Positions 9,688 to 20,642 are shown, numbered from the stretch's first letter. The stretch is 64,000 bases of DNA from Chitinivibrionales bacterium (GCA_038247415.1 JBBRUX010000001.1:32001-96000); one strand, 5' to 3'. Notes: generated by a model not told the origin, from the sequence alone. Made by a program: numbers and translations.

Positions 9688-9837
9688 CCATCTTCGCGCC
9701 ACAGGCCTGCAGTTAGAACCCATTTGCTATCGCAACAGCGATAGATCCCCAGCACATTCACCTTTTTTTGAGCGCATTGCAAAAAGTAACGTATTTTAAT
9801 CCCTTTCAATCCAACTCAAAAAAGAAATACCCTCGTT

Positions 9838-11379
9838 ATGAATACCGACCCAACTCAGGTTTCCGACCTACAATCAGCTCTGTTGCTGCTTGACTCCCTT
9901 ATAACAGATCCGAAAAAGCTCGCCTCCTTAGACGAAAACACACGAGCCCATATCCTTCGGGTTGCTGGGCAGCTTACAAATCCTACACCCGAAGACCGAA
10001 AAAAAAGGCAGCAAGCACGAGCAGAAACGAAAAAAGAAAAGATTGCTGCTCGCGACCGTAGGCTGCGTGCAGAGACTGGTATTCGTAAAGCGCGCCAGAA
10101 TGTTGTATTCTTTGCGCCTGCGCAGCTTCTCTGCGCCCCGGCACATGAGACACCTTCGACCGCCCCAGAACTTGAATCGCCACGAAATTGTTATATCTGT
10201 AAAGCATCGTATACCCGGCTTCATCATTTTTATGATGCTCTGTGCCCAGCGTGCGCGCAGCTTAATTACGATAAACGATTTCAATGTGCAGACCTCACGG
10301 GTGCGGTAGCGATCATTACCGGTTCCCGTCTTAAAATCGGGTATCAGGCCACCCTCATGATGTTGCGTGCCGGAGCAACGGTTATTGCAACCACGCGATT
10401 TCCTCACGATTCAGCTATTCGCTTTAGTAAAGAATTAGATTTCCCTACATTTAAAGATAGACTTAAAATTTTTGGCCTAGACCTTCGCCATACCCCCAGC
10501 GTAGAACTCTTTTGCGCCTATTGCGAACAAACACTGCCACGCCTTGATATACTTATAAATAACGCAGCACAAACAGTTCGACGCCCTCCGAATTTTTATG
10601 CCCACCTAATGGATATTGAACGACGATCCCTTAAGAATCTTGACACGAATGCAGCGTCACTTTTGGCAGACTTTTCATCGTGCAAAGCTGCCATTTCTAA
10701 AAGTGCTGCCTTAACCCATATCGACACTGCTTCTTTGCCGGTTCAATGGAACGGAGAAGTTCCTGGAATTGGTATCATGTCGTCTGCAGAACTTTCTCAA
10801 ATTCCTTATACAACCGATAAAACACTTCCAGCCGCAGAAATCTTTCCCCACGGCGCACTCGATGCCGATTTACAGCAGATAGATTTGCGCACAACTAATA
10901 GCTGGAGACTCACTCTTGGTGAAATAGCAACCTCCGAAATGGTAGAGCTTCAGCTGGTCAATGCCATTGCCCCTTTTGTGCTGTGCAATCGGCTTATCAA
11001 TATCATGAAGCGCGACACCACAGGCCTTAAGCACGTTGTCAATGTTTCGGCAATGGAGGGAAAATTTCTCAGATTCTCTAAGGGGTCACGGCATCCTCAC
11101 ACCAACATGGCCAAAGCAGCCCTGAATATGCTTACCCATACAGCAGCCGAAGATCTTGCTCTCTTGGGAATTTTTATGAACGCCGTTGATACCGGCTGGG
11201 TTACCGACGAAGACCCAGCAAAGCTTGCACAAGAAAGACAAACCCGCCACGACTTTCAGCCACCCTTAGATATTGTGGATGGTGCAGCACGCATTTGCGA
11301 TCCGTTTTTTTATGGGATTAATTCTGGGCACCACTGGAGCGGTAAGTTTCTTAAGGATTATATGCCAATTGACTGGTAA
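9838..11379 (+). CDS. SDR-family oxidoreductase with an N-terminal Cys-rich (CxxC...CxxC) module
   Basis: CYICK...[12 protein letters not shown] Rossmann motif, [34 protein letters not shown]. Confidence 0.88.
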   Translation: MNTDPTQVSDLQSALLLLDSLITDPKKLASLDENTRAHILRVAGQLTNPTPEDRKKRQQARAETKKEKIAARDRRLRAETGIRKARQNVVFFAPAQLLCAPAHETPSTAPELESPRNCYICKASYTRLHHFYDALCPACAQLNYDKRFQCADLTGAVAIITGSRLKIGYQATLMMLRAGATVIATTRFPHDSAIRFSKELDFPTFKDRLKIFGLDLRHTPSVELFCAYCEQTLPRLDILINNAAQTVRRPPNFYAHLMDIERRSLKNLDTNAASLLADFSSCKAAISKSAALTHIDTASLPVQWNGEVPGIGIMSSAELSQIPYTTDKTLPAAEIFPHGALDADLQQIDLRTTNSWRLTLGEIATSEMVELQLVNAIAPFVLCNRLINIMKRDTTGLKHVVNVSAMEGKFLRFSKGSRHPHTNMAKAALNMLTHTAAEDLALLGIFMNAVDTGWVTDEDPAKLAQERQTRHDFQPPLDIVDGAARICDPFFYGINSGHHWSGKFLKDYMPIDW

Positions 11380-11446
11380 AAGGGGGCGGTTTCTGGTATT
11401 ATTGATTTACCAGTAGTTAATAAAGCGATGCTTTTTGAAATCTACG

Positions 11447-11788
11447 CTACGTTTTTTTTGGCGGCCGATTCTTGATCATGTCCACGAGATGCACTACCGA
11501 TAGTATCGGGTGGCTAAACAGCATATACGGCCCACCTGCCCGCATCACTTTTTTTACCAGTGCTTTCATGTCCGGACTATAGCATTTAATAGTACAGTGA
11601 GAGCAAGCCGGCTTTTTTATACCATAGGGACACAGTTGTATGCGTTGCGAAGCGTAAGCAAGAAGATCGTTGCAGGTGGCATCGATCCCAGCCTCGTTAC
11701 GGTGCTTGTGCCGATAATGCTCAACCATAGAGGCGATCGTTCTATAATGACGGTTTTGCCCTGGCAATCTTGATTTCTTATCTGACAA
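11447..11788 (-). CDS. ygbA: YgbA family ('nitrous oxide-stimulated promoter') Cys-rich protein
   Basis: LLAYASQRIQLCPYGIKKPACSHCTIKCYSPDMK..VMRAGGPYMLFSHP matches the YgbA pattern. Probable TTG start at 11788 overlaps the upstream stop; the longer ORF-track start lies inside the giant gene. Confidence 0.8.
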   Translation of the reverse strand: MSDKKSRLPGQNRHYRTIASMVEHYRHKHRNEAGIDATCNDLLAYASQRIQLCPYGIKKPACSHCTIKCYSPDMKALVKKVMRAGGPYMLFSHPILSVVHLVDMIKNRPPKKT

Positions 11789-14700
11789 TGAGAATCTTTC
11801 CTTTAATAAGCAGTGTATTGTTTTCGTCGAGGATACAGTAAAAATACGGTCCTGCGACCACGGGCACACCATTTTGATTTGTTGCACCCCACTTCCACTG
11901 TGGTAGTGTATTAGGATCGCCTGCCACCACGGGAATAACAACACCTGCTTTTTTAGAATCAAAGACCGGATTTCCCAAAAGTGAAAATATACAAATGCTA
12001 ACATTTTTAAGAGGCTCTGGTTTAAGCGCATGTAAATTTTTAAACCAAATTCCACACGGCGCACCAAATGCCCCACAATGCGCGGAATTTATTCCTGGCT
12101 TGTAAGGATTGGGAAAGGTATAAAACCCTACGTTTGCACTACAAAAAAACCACGATGACGCACTCGTTGCCATAGCTCCACTATCGGGCAGTTGCCAATC
12201 CAGCGATGTATATGAATACTGTGTAACGAACCCATGAAACACGCATGAAATGCTATCTTGCGCAAAGAAACCAGAATCAGCTTTACAAACAATTCCCATT
12301 GAATCGGAGCTTATACGTATATATTCAAAAGTATGCGGAAATGGCCGATACCGCGAAGTTACGGTAAATGATCTATTACTAGATGCGCGCGATGTGTCGA
12401 AGGTATGGGCAAAAAGCTTATCGCTAAAACGCAGGGAAATTTCTGGACGTACCAAAGAACTATTTCCAGATTTTACAGGTATGGTTGTTGTAATCGACAG
12501 CGGTGTAACCGTATAGCGCCATGTCAAAGGTTGCGGCAAAGAAAGGGCCGTATCTGAAGGAAATGATGTAAAGAACCTGACTGTATCAGGAATTTTAAGA
12601 GCACTCAGAGAACAGGTTATAGTGTCGGGCCCATAGTAACGAAGTGTTGGATACCATTCTGCTGTTGCCCCGCGTATCACTATGCGAGAAAAATCCTGTG
12701 GGCTTGGGCCAAAAAATTTTGAGGTAACCTGCATGCTCCGATTATTATGCAAGGATGTATCGATAACGCCGTTTTGCACAAGTGTAGAAAAGGTAATCCG
12801 TTGTGGAGCCGATGCAGGCGACGACCCATTCGGCTGCGGTTCAAACGATGTGACCTGAAGATCAGCAATTGAAAAGCGCCAAACGATATCATCTGAAGTT
12901 GACAAGGAATCAAACAATGCAGAGGGAATGCCATCTCCGGAATAATCTATAGGATAGCCCAGTGAATCTCTCCCAGTTTTACTTTTGTAAACACACGTTA
13001 CAGAATCTCCATAATAAAACGCAGCAGCCGGATAGAACCATACTGCATTGCCCAGAATGCGAACCGAATCAAACGAAAGAATTTTTGTTGTACCAAACCG
13101 AGTCGTTACGCGTAGGCTTTTATTATTGCTTTTATTAGTATCGATACTCGATTTACTGAGCGGAGCATTAAATTGGAGCATGATTGTCTGTTTTCCGCAA
13201 GGCATTTTGGATTGATTTGAAGGATTTACCGATGTGACAGTAAATGTTACGCTGTCAACCCGCAACATAAGCGTCGTATCCCCGCTTTGAACCACGGCAA
13301 ACGTCCTGTGCAGATCGAACCTGTTGGGGCCTAAAGAAGCACTGTACGCTCGATCGGTCATGCCACTGCCTAAATGCAAAGAGATCGAGTCGGTTGGTAT
13401 AAAAAATCCTACTGAGGGAAATAAGCCATTGAGTCCTCTATTGGGGGCCGAATATCTAGGGGATAGCTCGCATACCGAATAATTGACAGACCAAGAAAAA
13501 GAAAACTCGATTGGCGTAATGCTATTTCCGGCGATAGAATCGAAAATCGAATAGCACGAAACATTTGCAGCCACCGATGCAGAATCCATTGGTTCTGAAA
13601 ATGTCAATACGATTTTAGAATAAGGAGGAAACACACTATGTGTGAGTGTGTTTGCACCTGTTTTGCGTAGAGCAAAAGGAATAGGTGCCCTCGCCGTTGC
13701 ACCAACGCGTGCAATACGGGGAAGATCATTATACTCCAATAAAATTGGAACGGTATCTACTGGATGGAACGGATCGGACGTGTAGACAAAAAGAGTATCT
13801 CGAATATATCCATCTCCATGAAGCAGATCGGCATTTAAAATCACTAAGAACACTCCTGTATCTGCTTTTGCCAGAACAATGCTATCCCGATAGCTGTTTT
13901 TAGAAAGGGAGTCAAACATGATATATTCGCTTCCTGATAAAGCAGGCACCCCAATCTGTATCCATCCTCGTTTAGGGTGAGCTAACGCCAACGAAGTTAT
14001 GGTGAGCGAATCGTTTCCAGTATTAACATAAGGAAGCACGATTGTATCGTATTTGTTACTCCCAACAATAAGCGACACTCCCGATTGCAGCACTTTTTTC
14101 GCCCTAACAAGCCCGGGGTTATTAAGCGAATCGAGCTCTACCCAGGGCCACTTGAAGAAAACTGTAATCGAATCCTGTGCATGATATTTGTCCCAAACTA
14201 CTATATTTACAAAAGAATCTGCCCTCGAAAAATTGAGATGATACGATGCGCTGTCGGAAGTTGCAGACCCACCGGGCGTCGTAAAACGGTATGTCATTGA
14301 ATCGAGTCCGTACCAGAGGTCACTATCATTGACCGTTGCAATAAACCGATAATCGGTACCCACTGCCATTCGTAGAGTATCCCCATCGTATGCGGTTTGT
14401 CCGCTTATGCTTACACTCGTAAGAGTTGGGACATGATTAACACCAAGCGAAAATGATAACTGTGCCGAATCATCGGGATCGACGGCTTCTACTTTTATAG
14501 GAACAACGCCAAATGCACTTTGACTAGTACCTCTATATACATAGCGGGACGTTTGTCCTATCCCAACCGAATCTACACGAATCGAATTGACATACAAATA
14601 TGCCTTTTGCCCCGCGTCATTGGAATCACTCACCGAATAGGTAATTGCTAATGAATCGCCTACCTGAATAGTAAAGCGTTCGCTGCCCGAAAGCGGAACC

Positions 14701-16724
14701 GTTACCTCCACACCACTTCGATTTGTATCAACCTTTACAGAAGCATTAATTGCCGGAGCGCTATTTCGTGTTATAAAATGTAAGGTTTTTTCGACTGCAT
14801 CCCATCCCCGGGTATCGGTAAGCGAAAGTTTTGACGCATACAGCGTGTCTTTTGTATCAAAAGGCGCAAAGGAAAGCATTGCATGTTGCGATGCCGCAGT
14901 AGCAGTTGCTTGTGCAGTTTTTGGAATATACACAAGGCCGGTAAGCGTTACAGCATCATTAGTATCTGCATCGTGAAACCCAATAAACATGGTAATGCTA
15001 TCTTTACGGGCAAAGAGTTTAATGGTATCGCCAAAGCTTATTGTTCGCTTTACAGATCCATCATAGATAAGCGAATCGATAGATTCTAAAAAGGGTTTTG
15101 CATTCCATCGAATGGTTACTGCTTGCGCAACCGGAGAAAAAAGGGAATCCCTGGTATTTCTGGATAAAGCAACTTTATAGCGATAATACATGCTCGACGT
15201 TTTTCCAGACGTAGCTAAAACCATCGAATCTGCAGCATTAACCCAAGGCCCCCACGCAGCAGTATTAAGAATATTTGAGCTGCTTCCTATTTGGATTGAA
15301 TCACTAATGTTTCCAAATCCACCATTGCCGCTTTGTATAAGAGTTGGCAAATAGCCTATCGAATCTCCCGATGCAAAAGGGAGTGAGTCTACCTTAGATT
15401 CAAAAAAGCCAAGTGGCTCCAAAATTCCCCTTTTTGCATAAATTGCAGCCCATGCAGAGCTACTGCCTTGCCATGTAGCTGCAATATCACCGGTAGAATC
15501 GATAGCAAGCGAAACATCCGCCTTAAATCGTTCTGTAATGGTAAGTGCTCGAGACGGATCGGAAAAAGACAGAGTTAGATCTGGGGTCGTTTGCACTTCA
15601 CCATTTAAAACCACAAACCGCCACACTGCAATTTCACGTTTGTTATCTTTATTGAGATCCGCTTTCGATCCAACGATAACATAACTGCCGTTTGTAGCAA
15701 TAGATGCAAAATGGAGCGAATCTCCAACATGTACTGGAATGCGACTGGGCACAAGCGAGATACCATTCCAAGAAAAAACGTACATGAGCAAAGAATCGGC
15801 CCGCCATGTTGCTGCTGCAAATCGATTAGGCGCAAAGCAAACGACCGGGGCATCTTCGGTATAAAAATCAAAGAGGGTCTCATTGACTCCGTTGCGCACG
15901 AGTCCGCTATCAAGCATCTGGCAATTTGATCGCATGAATTTGAATTCAAGTTGTTTACTCAGCACTCCGGAAATCGAAACTTTTCTGGTATACAAAGCAA
16001 GCATTGTATGATTTACAGAATCGAATGCCAGCGACGGATTCATGAATGCTTCGCTTCGAGGTGGTGCAATGATTCCCGTTGCAATAGTATCCAGGCTTTT
16101 TTGAACAAGGCTTCGCTTAGCAGCCAGATACTTTCGAGTAACAAGTTTTAAGTTATCGATTTTTTGGATAACGATAAAAGTATCGTTTCCCGCATATGCA
16201 AGAGACCCCAGTGGGGTGGTATTCTTGGAAACTGTAAGACTTGTTGAATCAGTCATAGCGACGAGGGAATCAAACCCCCCCGTAACAATTGTTGCTAAAA
16301 AGGTAGATCTTCCCATGGCAGCCCTTAGATACGAAGAAATCGTATCTATATTTGAATAGAGCTTTTGAGAAGCCCCTTGTGTAAAGCTTGTTTGCGTGAG
16401 GGAGATATTTCTTCGAAACACATTTTCTTGTGCTCCCCCAAAGGCTGTCGAGCTGGTTTCTGCCCAAAAAAAGCCAAATGTTGTTGGGTTAACCGGCATT
16501 ACCCACGACGATCGCGAATGTACTTTGGTTGGGCTTATGAGTGAATCGCCATAGTAACGTGTAAGGATCGTATCGCGGGGAGCCAAAATAAGACTATCTG
16601 AATAGCGCACATGCAGTGAAGTTTGAGGCTGATTAAAATCTGGATATATCTTACTGCCTGCCAAGCCCACGCTACACAGGCAAACTATCTCAAGTAAACT
16701 TAGTGTATACCTAAGCCTGTGCAC
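11778..16724 (-). CDS. Giant (~1650 aa) secreted multi-Ig-domain protein with Big_5-like repeats and a T9SS/FlgD-like C-terminal domain
   Basis: Signal-like N-terminus from GTG 16724, overlapping the fliJ end. Cadherin/Ig-like N-x-x-P starts (NAKP, NSAP, NHVP, NDLP); NTGNDSLTI; LTFSEPMD and three similar repeats; C-terminal FPNPY...IFSLLG...W..TNQNG.PV.AGPYFY. Confidence 0.8.
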   Translation of the reverse strand: MHRLRYTLSLLEIVCLCSVGLAGSKIYPDFNQPQTSLHVRYSDSLILAPRDTILTRYYGDSLISPTKVHSRSSWVMPVNPTTFGFFWAETSSTAFGGAQENVFRRNISLTQTSFTQGASQKLYSNIDTISSYLRAAMGRSTFLATIVTGGFDSLVAMTDSTSLTVSKNTTPLGSLAYAGNDTFIVIQKIDNLKLVTRKYLAAKRSLVQKSLDTIATGIIAPPRSEAFMNPSLAFDSVNHTMLALYTRKVSISGVLSKQLEFKFMRSNCQMLDSGLVRNGVNETLFDFYTEDAPVVCFAPNRFAAATWRADSLLMYVFSWNGISLVPSRIPVHVGDSLHFASIATNGSYVIVGSKADLNKDNKREIAVWRFVVLNGEVQTTPDLTLSFSDPSRALTITERFKADVSLAIDSTGDIAATWQGSSSAWAAIYAKRGILEPLGFFESKVDSLPFASGDSIGYLPTLIQSGNGGFGNISDSIQIGSSSNILNTAAWGPWVNAADSMVLATSGKTSSMYYRYKVALSRNTRDSLFSPVAQAVTIRWNAKPFLESIDSLIYDGSVKRTISFGDTIKLFARKDSITMFIGFHDADTNDAVTLTGLVYIPKTAQATATAASQHAMLSFAPFDTKDTLYASKLSLTDTRGWDAVEKTLHFITRNSAPAINASVKVDTNRSGVEVTVPLSGSERFTIQVGDSLAITYSVSDSNDAGQKAYLYVNSIRVDSVGIGQTSRYVYRGTSQSAFGVVPIKVEAVDPDDSAQLSFSLGVNHVPTLTSVSISGQTAYDGDTLRMAVGTDYRFIATVNDSDLWYGLDSMTYRFTTPGGSATSDSASYHLNFSRADSFVNIVVWDKYHAQDSITVFFKWPWVELDSLNNPGLVRAKKVLQSGVSLIVGSNKYDTIVLPYVNTGNDSLTITSLALAHPKRGWIQIGVPALSGSEYIMFDSLSKNSYRDSIVLAKADTGVFLVILNADLLHGDGYIRDTLFVYTSDPFHPVDTVPILLEYNDLPRIARVGATARAPIPFALRKTGANTLTHSVFPPYSKIVLTFSEPMDSASVAANVSCYSIFDSIAGNSITPIEFSFSWSVNYSVCELSPRYSAPNRGLNGLFPSVGFFIPTDSISLHLGSGMTDRAYSASLGPNRFDLHRTFAVVQSGDTTLMLRVDSVTFTVTSVNPSNQSKMPCGKQTIMLQFNAPLSKSSIDTNKSNNKSLRVTTRFGTTKILSFDSVRILGNAVWFYPAAAFYYGDSVTCVYKSKTGRDSLGYPIDYSGDGIPSALFDSLSTSDDIVWRFSIADLQVTSFEPQPNGSSPASAPQRITFSTLVQNGVIDTSLHNNRSMQVTSKFFGPSPQDFSRIVIRGATAEWYPTLRYYGPDTITCSLSALKIPDTVRFFTSFPSDTALSLPQPLTWRYTVTPLSITTTIPVKSGNSSLVRPEISLRFSDKLFAHTFDTSRASSNRSFTVTSRYRPFPHTFEYIRISSDSMGIVCKADSGFFAQDSISCVFHGFVTQYSYTSLDWQLPDSGAMATSASSWFFCSANVGFYTFPNPYKPGINSAHCGAFGAPCGIWFKNLHALKPEPLKNVSICIFSLLGNPVFDSKKAGVVIPVVAGDPNTLPQWKWGATNQNGVPVVAGPYFYCILDENNTLLIKGKILIVR

Positions 16725-17169
16725 GTGCCTGCCCTCGAATAAAGCCCTGTTGTGCAACTTCATCCATAAACCGCTGAGCAAAACGTCCCTGCTCTTTTTT
16801 CCATGCTCCTTGCCGATGTTCTTTAAGCAATTCTACAGCGCGTGTTTTTTGTCGAGCTTTAACCAGACGCATGCGTATCTGTTCCGACTCTGCAGATAAG
16901 TCATCGATCCGTCTCGCACTAAAGAGCATTTGAGCTTTTAAGGAATGGCGATAGGCAACACCTTGCAAGAGAAGTCCAACAGACAACGCCTTCTGTCGCG
17001 CATTTTTTTCCGAAACTTGCAGTTGTTTTAATTCGTCGTGAAGACAGCGCAAGGCATCTTGGGCAAGAGCAATTTCTTTATTCTTGTGCGCAAGCTCCTC
17101 CTTGATTGCATCTTCTACCCGTTGACGCAACGTAAGCAATGTTTCGAGCGAAAAATGGAAACGTTTCAT
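16711..17169 (-). CDS. fliJ: Flagellar export protein FliJ
   Basis: MKRFHFSLETLLTLR start, coiled coil, MDE C-terminal motif; follows fliI. Confidence 0.92.
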   Translation of the reverse strand: MKRFHFSLETLLTLRQRVEDAIKEELAHKNKEIALAQDALRCLHDELKQLQVSEKNARQKALSVGLLLQGVAYRHSLKAQMLFSARRIDDLSAESEQIRMRLVKARQKTRAVELLKEHRQGAWKKEQGRFAQRFMDEVAQQGFIRGQARAQA

Positions 17170-17205
17170 AATGTTTTATGCTCTTTATAAAATGTTCGGA
17201 GATTC

Positions 17206-18549
17206 TTATAACCCCTCGACCTGGGCAAGCATCGTTTTTACTTTATCAAGGGCTTCAAAATATTCACTTTTCTCAAGAACATCCTGTCGCATGAATTCAG
17301 TCATGGGACCATGCAACTTTATGGCCTTATCGACCCGTGCGTTGCTCCCGGTAGCATAGGCACCGATTTGTATTAAGTCTTCGTTTTCTCGGTATGCAGC
17401 TAAATAATCTTTGATGCGCGATGCAATTTTCTTATGGTCTGCAGAAATGACATCACTCATACACCGAGAAATTGATTCCAGGATATCGATGGCAGGAAAA
17501 TGATTACGATGTGCCAATTTACGAGAAAGAACCAGATGCCCATCCAAAATAGACCTGGCAGCATCTGCGATGGGTTCATCCATATCATCACCATCAACGA
17601 GTACGGTAAAAATTCCTGTTATCGTTCCTCGGTCAGAAGTGCCTGCTCGCTCAAGAAGTTGAGGCAGCATCGCAAATACCGATGGCGTATACCCTTTTGT
17701 TGCAGGAGGCTCTCCTATAGCAAGGCCAATTTCCCGCTGTGCCATGGCAAGACGCGTTATGGAATCTACCATAAAAAGGACATCTTTTTTCTGATCCCTA
17801 AAATACTCTGCTATTGTGGCCGCTACCATTGCCCCTTTAAGTCGAATAAGTACCGGTTGATCTGATGTTGCAACAATAACGATTGATCTTTTTAAACCTT
17901 CTTCCCCCAGGTCCCGTTCGATAAACTCCCGGACTTCTCTTCCCCGTTCGCCAATAAGAGCAATAACGTTAATATCTGCTTTGCAATGCTTAGCCATCAT
18001 ACCCATGAGAACGCTTTTGCCCACTCCGGACCCTGCAAAAATACCCATGCGCTGGCCTTTACCAATCGACATCATTGTATCTATTGATTTTATCCCCGTT
18101 TCAAATATATCCTTTATTCTTGTTCTGGTAAGGGGGTTGGGTATACGGGAAAAAACGGGTCTAGATTGCTGTAGTGCAAGTGGGCCTTTTCCATCGAGGG
18201 GATTTCCTAAACCATCAAGGACTCTACCGCACAAGGCATCGCCCACTTCAACAAGAAGGGGCTGTTTTGTCGAAACAACGGTGAGACCCGGATGAATCCC
18301 TTCGATATGTCCAAGCGGCATTAAAAGCGTTGAATCTTTACGAAACCCAACAACTTCGGCACGTCCAACCACACGTCCATTTTTTTCCAGTAAACATACA
18401 TCGCCAACAGAAGCGTTGGGCCCGTTTGCTACAATCAGAAGTCCAATAACTTCTACAACTTTTCCATGAATGCGTATTGGGTCGGTGTTCGCTAATTGAC
18501 TAAAAAGCGGTGCATAGATGGAATCGAGATCAAGCAGCTCGGGCGCCAT
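17206..18549 (-). CDS. fliI: Flagellar export ATPase FliI
   Basis: GIFAGSGVGKS, LIGERGREV, DSITRLAMAQREIGLAIGEPP. Confidence 0.98.
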   Translation of the reverse strand: MAPELLDLDSIYAPLFSQLANTDPIRIHGKVVEVIGLLIVANGPNASVGDVCLLEKNGRVVGRAEVVGFRKDSTLLMPLGHIEGIHPGLTVVSTKQPLLVEVGDALCGRVLDGLGNPLDGKGPLALQQSRPVFSRIPNPLTRTRIKDIFETGIKSIDTMMSIGKGQRMGIFAGSGVGKSVLMGMMAKHCKADINVIALIGERGREVREFIERDLGEEGLKRSIVIVATSDQPVLIRLKGAMVAATIAEYFRDQKKDVLFMVDSITRLAMAQREIGLAIGEPPATKGYTPSVFAMLPQLLERAGTSDRGTITGIFTVLVDGDDMDEPIADAARSILDGHLVLSRKLAHRNHFPAIDILESISRCMSDVISADHKKIASRIKDYLAAYRENEDLIQIGAYATGSNARVDKAIKLHGPMTEFMRQDVLEKSEYFEALDKVKTMLAQVEGL

Positions 18550-18564
18550 GAATTGATTCCTGAT

Positions 18565-19416
18565 CTAGATGGATTCGTGCGGATGAGAAGTAATTTGATC
18601 ATACTCGTTTGGCTTTATTGTTTCCCAGAATTTTTCTACAAGCTCAGAAAGTTCATCAAAAACAACCCCAAGCCTTGAATCTGCAGAGCCAGAATTAGAT
18701 TCGATAATGCAACCACCCGCCTCGATAGTAGGATCTGAAATAATGGTTATGCCACTTATCTGTTCCCCTTCGGGCAACCAGGCTTCTTTGTTAGTTTTAA
18801 TAATATCACAAAGCGAGGGAGATACGCGAACAATAACACGTTGACGTTCTGCTACATACGAGAGAGTTTTTTTAACGATATCGATAATATGATCGGGCTT
18901 AATGGTAAGTTCTGCAGCAACAACCTTTCGAGCACACGCAAGCGACAAATTAACAATCATATGATGCGCATTTGCAAGAACAGTATCATGCTGTAGCGCC
19001 ATTTTTTCTACGCTCTTGCGTACAATGTCCTGGATCCGACCAACGCGTTCGTTAAAGACTTTTTCGGAAGCGCTGTGCCCTTCGAGGTGTCCTTGTGCAC
19101 TTCCTTCGGTAAAGCCCTTCTGATACGCTGCATTCAATACATCTTTAGACCGTTTTTTTTCCGCCTCCAACTCTGCTTTTAATTGAGCGACCTGTTTTTC
19201 GACCTCTAGAACATGCCGCTCTTCATCGGAGAACGAAAGCTTTGCCCCTTCATCCTTGCGGAATTCATCGTAACCAATTGGTTGACAAGGAAAAGACCCT
19301 GCAGATTCCCGTTTATTTTTAAGAATTCGACGCAAGCCTATAACGGCTGGATCGGGGGTGGTAAGAATTGTATCTATGAGCGTTGTAATATCGGAAGATG
19401 ACATAGTTGCATTCAT
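18565..19416 (-). CDS. fliH: Flagellar assembly protein FliH
   Basis: GxxxG repeats (AYQKGFTEGSAQGHLEG) and DPTIEAGGCII; lies between fliG and fliI. Confidence 0.92.
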   Translation of the reverse strand: MNATMSSSDITTLIDTILTTPDPAVIGLRRILKNKRESAGSFPCQPIGYDEFRKDEGAKLSFSDEERHVLEVEKQVAQLKAELEAEKKRSKDVLNAAYQKGFTEGSAQGHLEGHSASEKVFNERVGRIQDIVRKSVEKMALQHDTVLANAHHMIVNLSLACARKVVAAELTIKPDHIIDIVKKTLSYVAERQRVIVRVSPSLCDIIKTNKEAWLPEGEQISGITIISDPTIEAGGCIIESNSGSADSRLGVVFDELSELVEKFWETIKPNEYDQITSHPHESI

Positions 19417-19483
19417 AGGGAGCTCGCTATGACAGGGGTGGTATACCTTATATTCATTCTAGATTGTACCATTCAAGCGAGCA

Positions 19484-20563
19484 TCAAACTACAATTTCTT
19501 CTTCGCCTCCACGTCCGGAAATAATGATTTCTCCATCTTCCTCCAAACGTCGAACGACATCGACAATGCGTTGCTGTACATCCTCGACATCTTTGAGACG
19601 CACTGGCCCCATAATTTCCATTTCTTCTTTTATCATTTCTGCGGCGCGTGAAGACATATTCTTGAAGAACTTGGTTTGTAGCTCTTCGGAAGCACCCTTG
19701 AGGGCCATGGAGAGTTCCTTGGTATCGATTTCTTTGAGTACGCGCTGCATTGCACGATCGTCGAGCAAAAGGACGTCCTCGAAAACAAACATAAGATTTT
19801 TGATTTCGGTGGCCAACTCGGGATTTTCGCGCTCCAAATTGCCCAAAATATTTTTTTCTGCACCGCGATCAACATTATTGAGCATTTCTGCAACAGCTTT
19901 AACGCCGCCAACCTGAGAGACATCACCACCAAAAAGCGATTTCATCTGGCCTGCAAGTACTTCTTCGACCTGTGCGAGTGTATCGGGTGAAATCGATTCC
20001 ATGGTCGCAATGCGTGTGGCCACATCGACTTGTAATTCTTGAGGGAGAGCCGAAACAATTGCCGCTGCATTAGGTGCATCCATGTGTGCCAGAAGTAAAG
20101 CAATAGTTTGCGGATGTTCTTTTTGAATAAAATTGACAAGCTGCTTAGGATCAACATTTTCGAGAAGATTAAAACCAGTGGTTCGAATAGTTTGCTGAAT
20201 TTTTTCGAGAATCTCTTTTGCCTTACGTGAACCCAGTGCTGATTCGAGCACCTCGCGAGCGTAATCGATACCACCCTGGCTTATATATTGCGAAGCCATG
20301 GCAAGGTTATGAAACTCTTCGAGAACCGCCTCGCGTATATCGGGCGGAACATTGTTAAGCTTTGCAATTTCTGTCGATAACATTTCGACTTCGGGCTCAT
20401 CGAGATTTTTGAAGATCTGAGACGATGCTTCGGAACCGAGGGCAACCATGACAATTGCAGCTTTTTGAGGACCAGGTAAACGTGCAGCTATAGAACCAGG
20501 TACCGCAGCACCATTTTTCTGACTTTCCCCGCCGTAATCTTCCTTGAAAAATCCTTGTGGCAT
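19484..20563 (-). CDS. fliG: Flagellar motor switch protein FliG
   Basis: KAAIVMVALG, GGIDYA, EHPQTIA, MFVFED, MGPVRLKDVE. Confidence 0.98.
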   Translation of the reverse strand: MPQGFFKEDYGGESQKNGAAVPGSIAARLPGPQKAAIVMVALGSEASSQIFKNLDEPEVEMLSTEIAKLNNVPPDIREAVLEEFHNLAMASQYISQGGIDYAREVLESALGSRKAKEILEKIQQTIRTTGFNLLENVDPKQLVNFIQKEHPQTIALLLAHMDAPNAAAIVSALPQELQVDVATRIATMESISPDTLAQVEEVLAGQMKSLFGGDVSQVGGVKAVAEMLNNVDRGAEKNILGNLERENPELATEIKNLMFVFEDVLLLDDRAMQRVLKEIDTKELSMALKGASEELQTKFFKNMSSRAAEMIKEEMEIMGPVRLKDVEDVQQRIVDVVRRLEEDGEIIISGRGGEEEIVV

Positions 20564-20642
20564 GATGCGCGCATTCTTCCTTGATGCAAAGTATTATTTA
20601 AATCTGTTTATACAGTATATCTCAATAATTCAGATACATCCA

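Noticed and set aside
9690..9770. Possible riboswitch around the CTATCGC-aaca-GCGATAG hairpin
   Set aside because: Only one clear hairpin; no match to c-di-GMP, SAM, TPP or cobalamin consensus that I could support.
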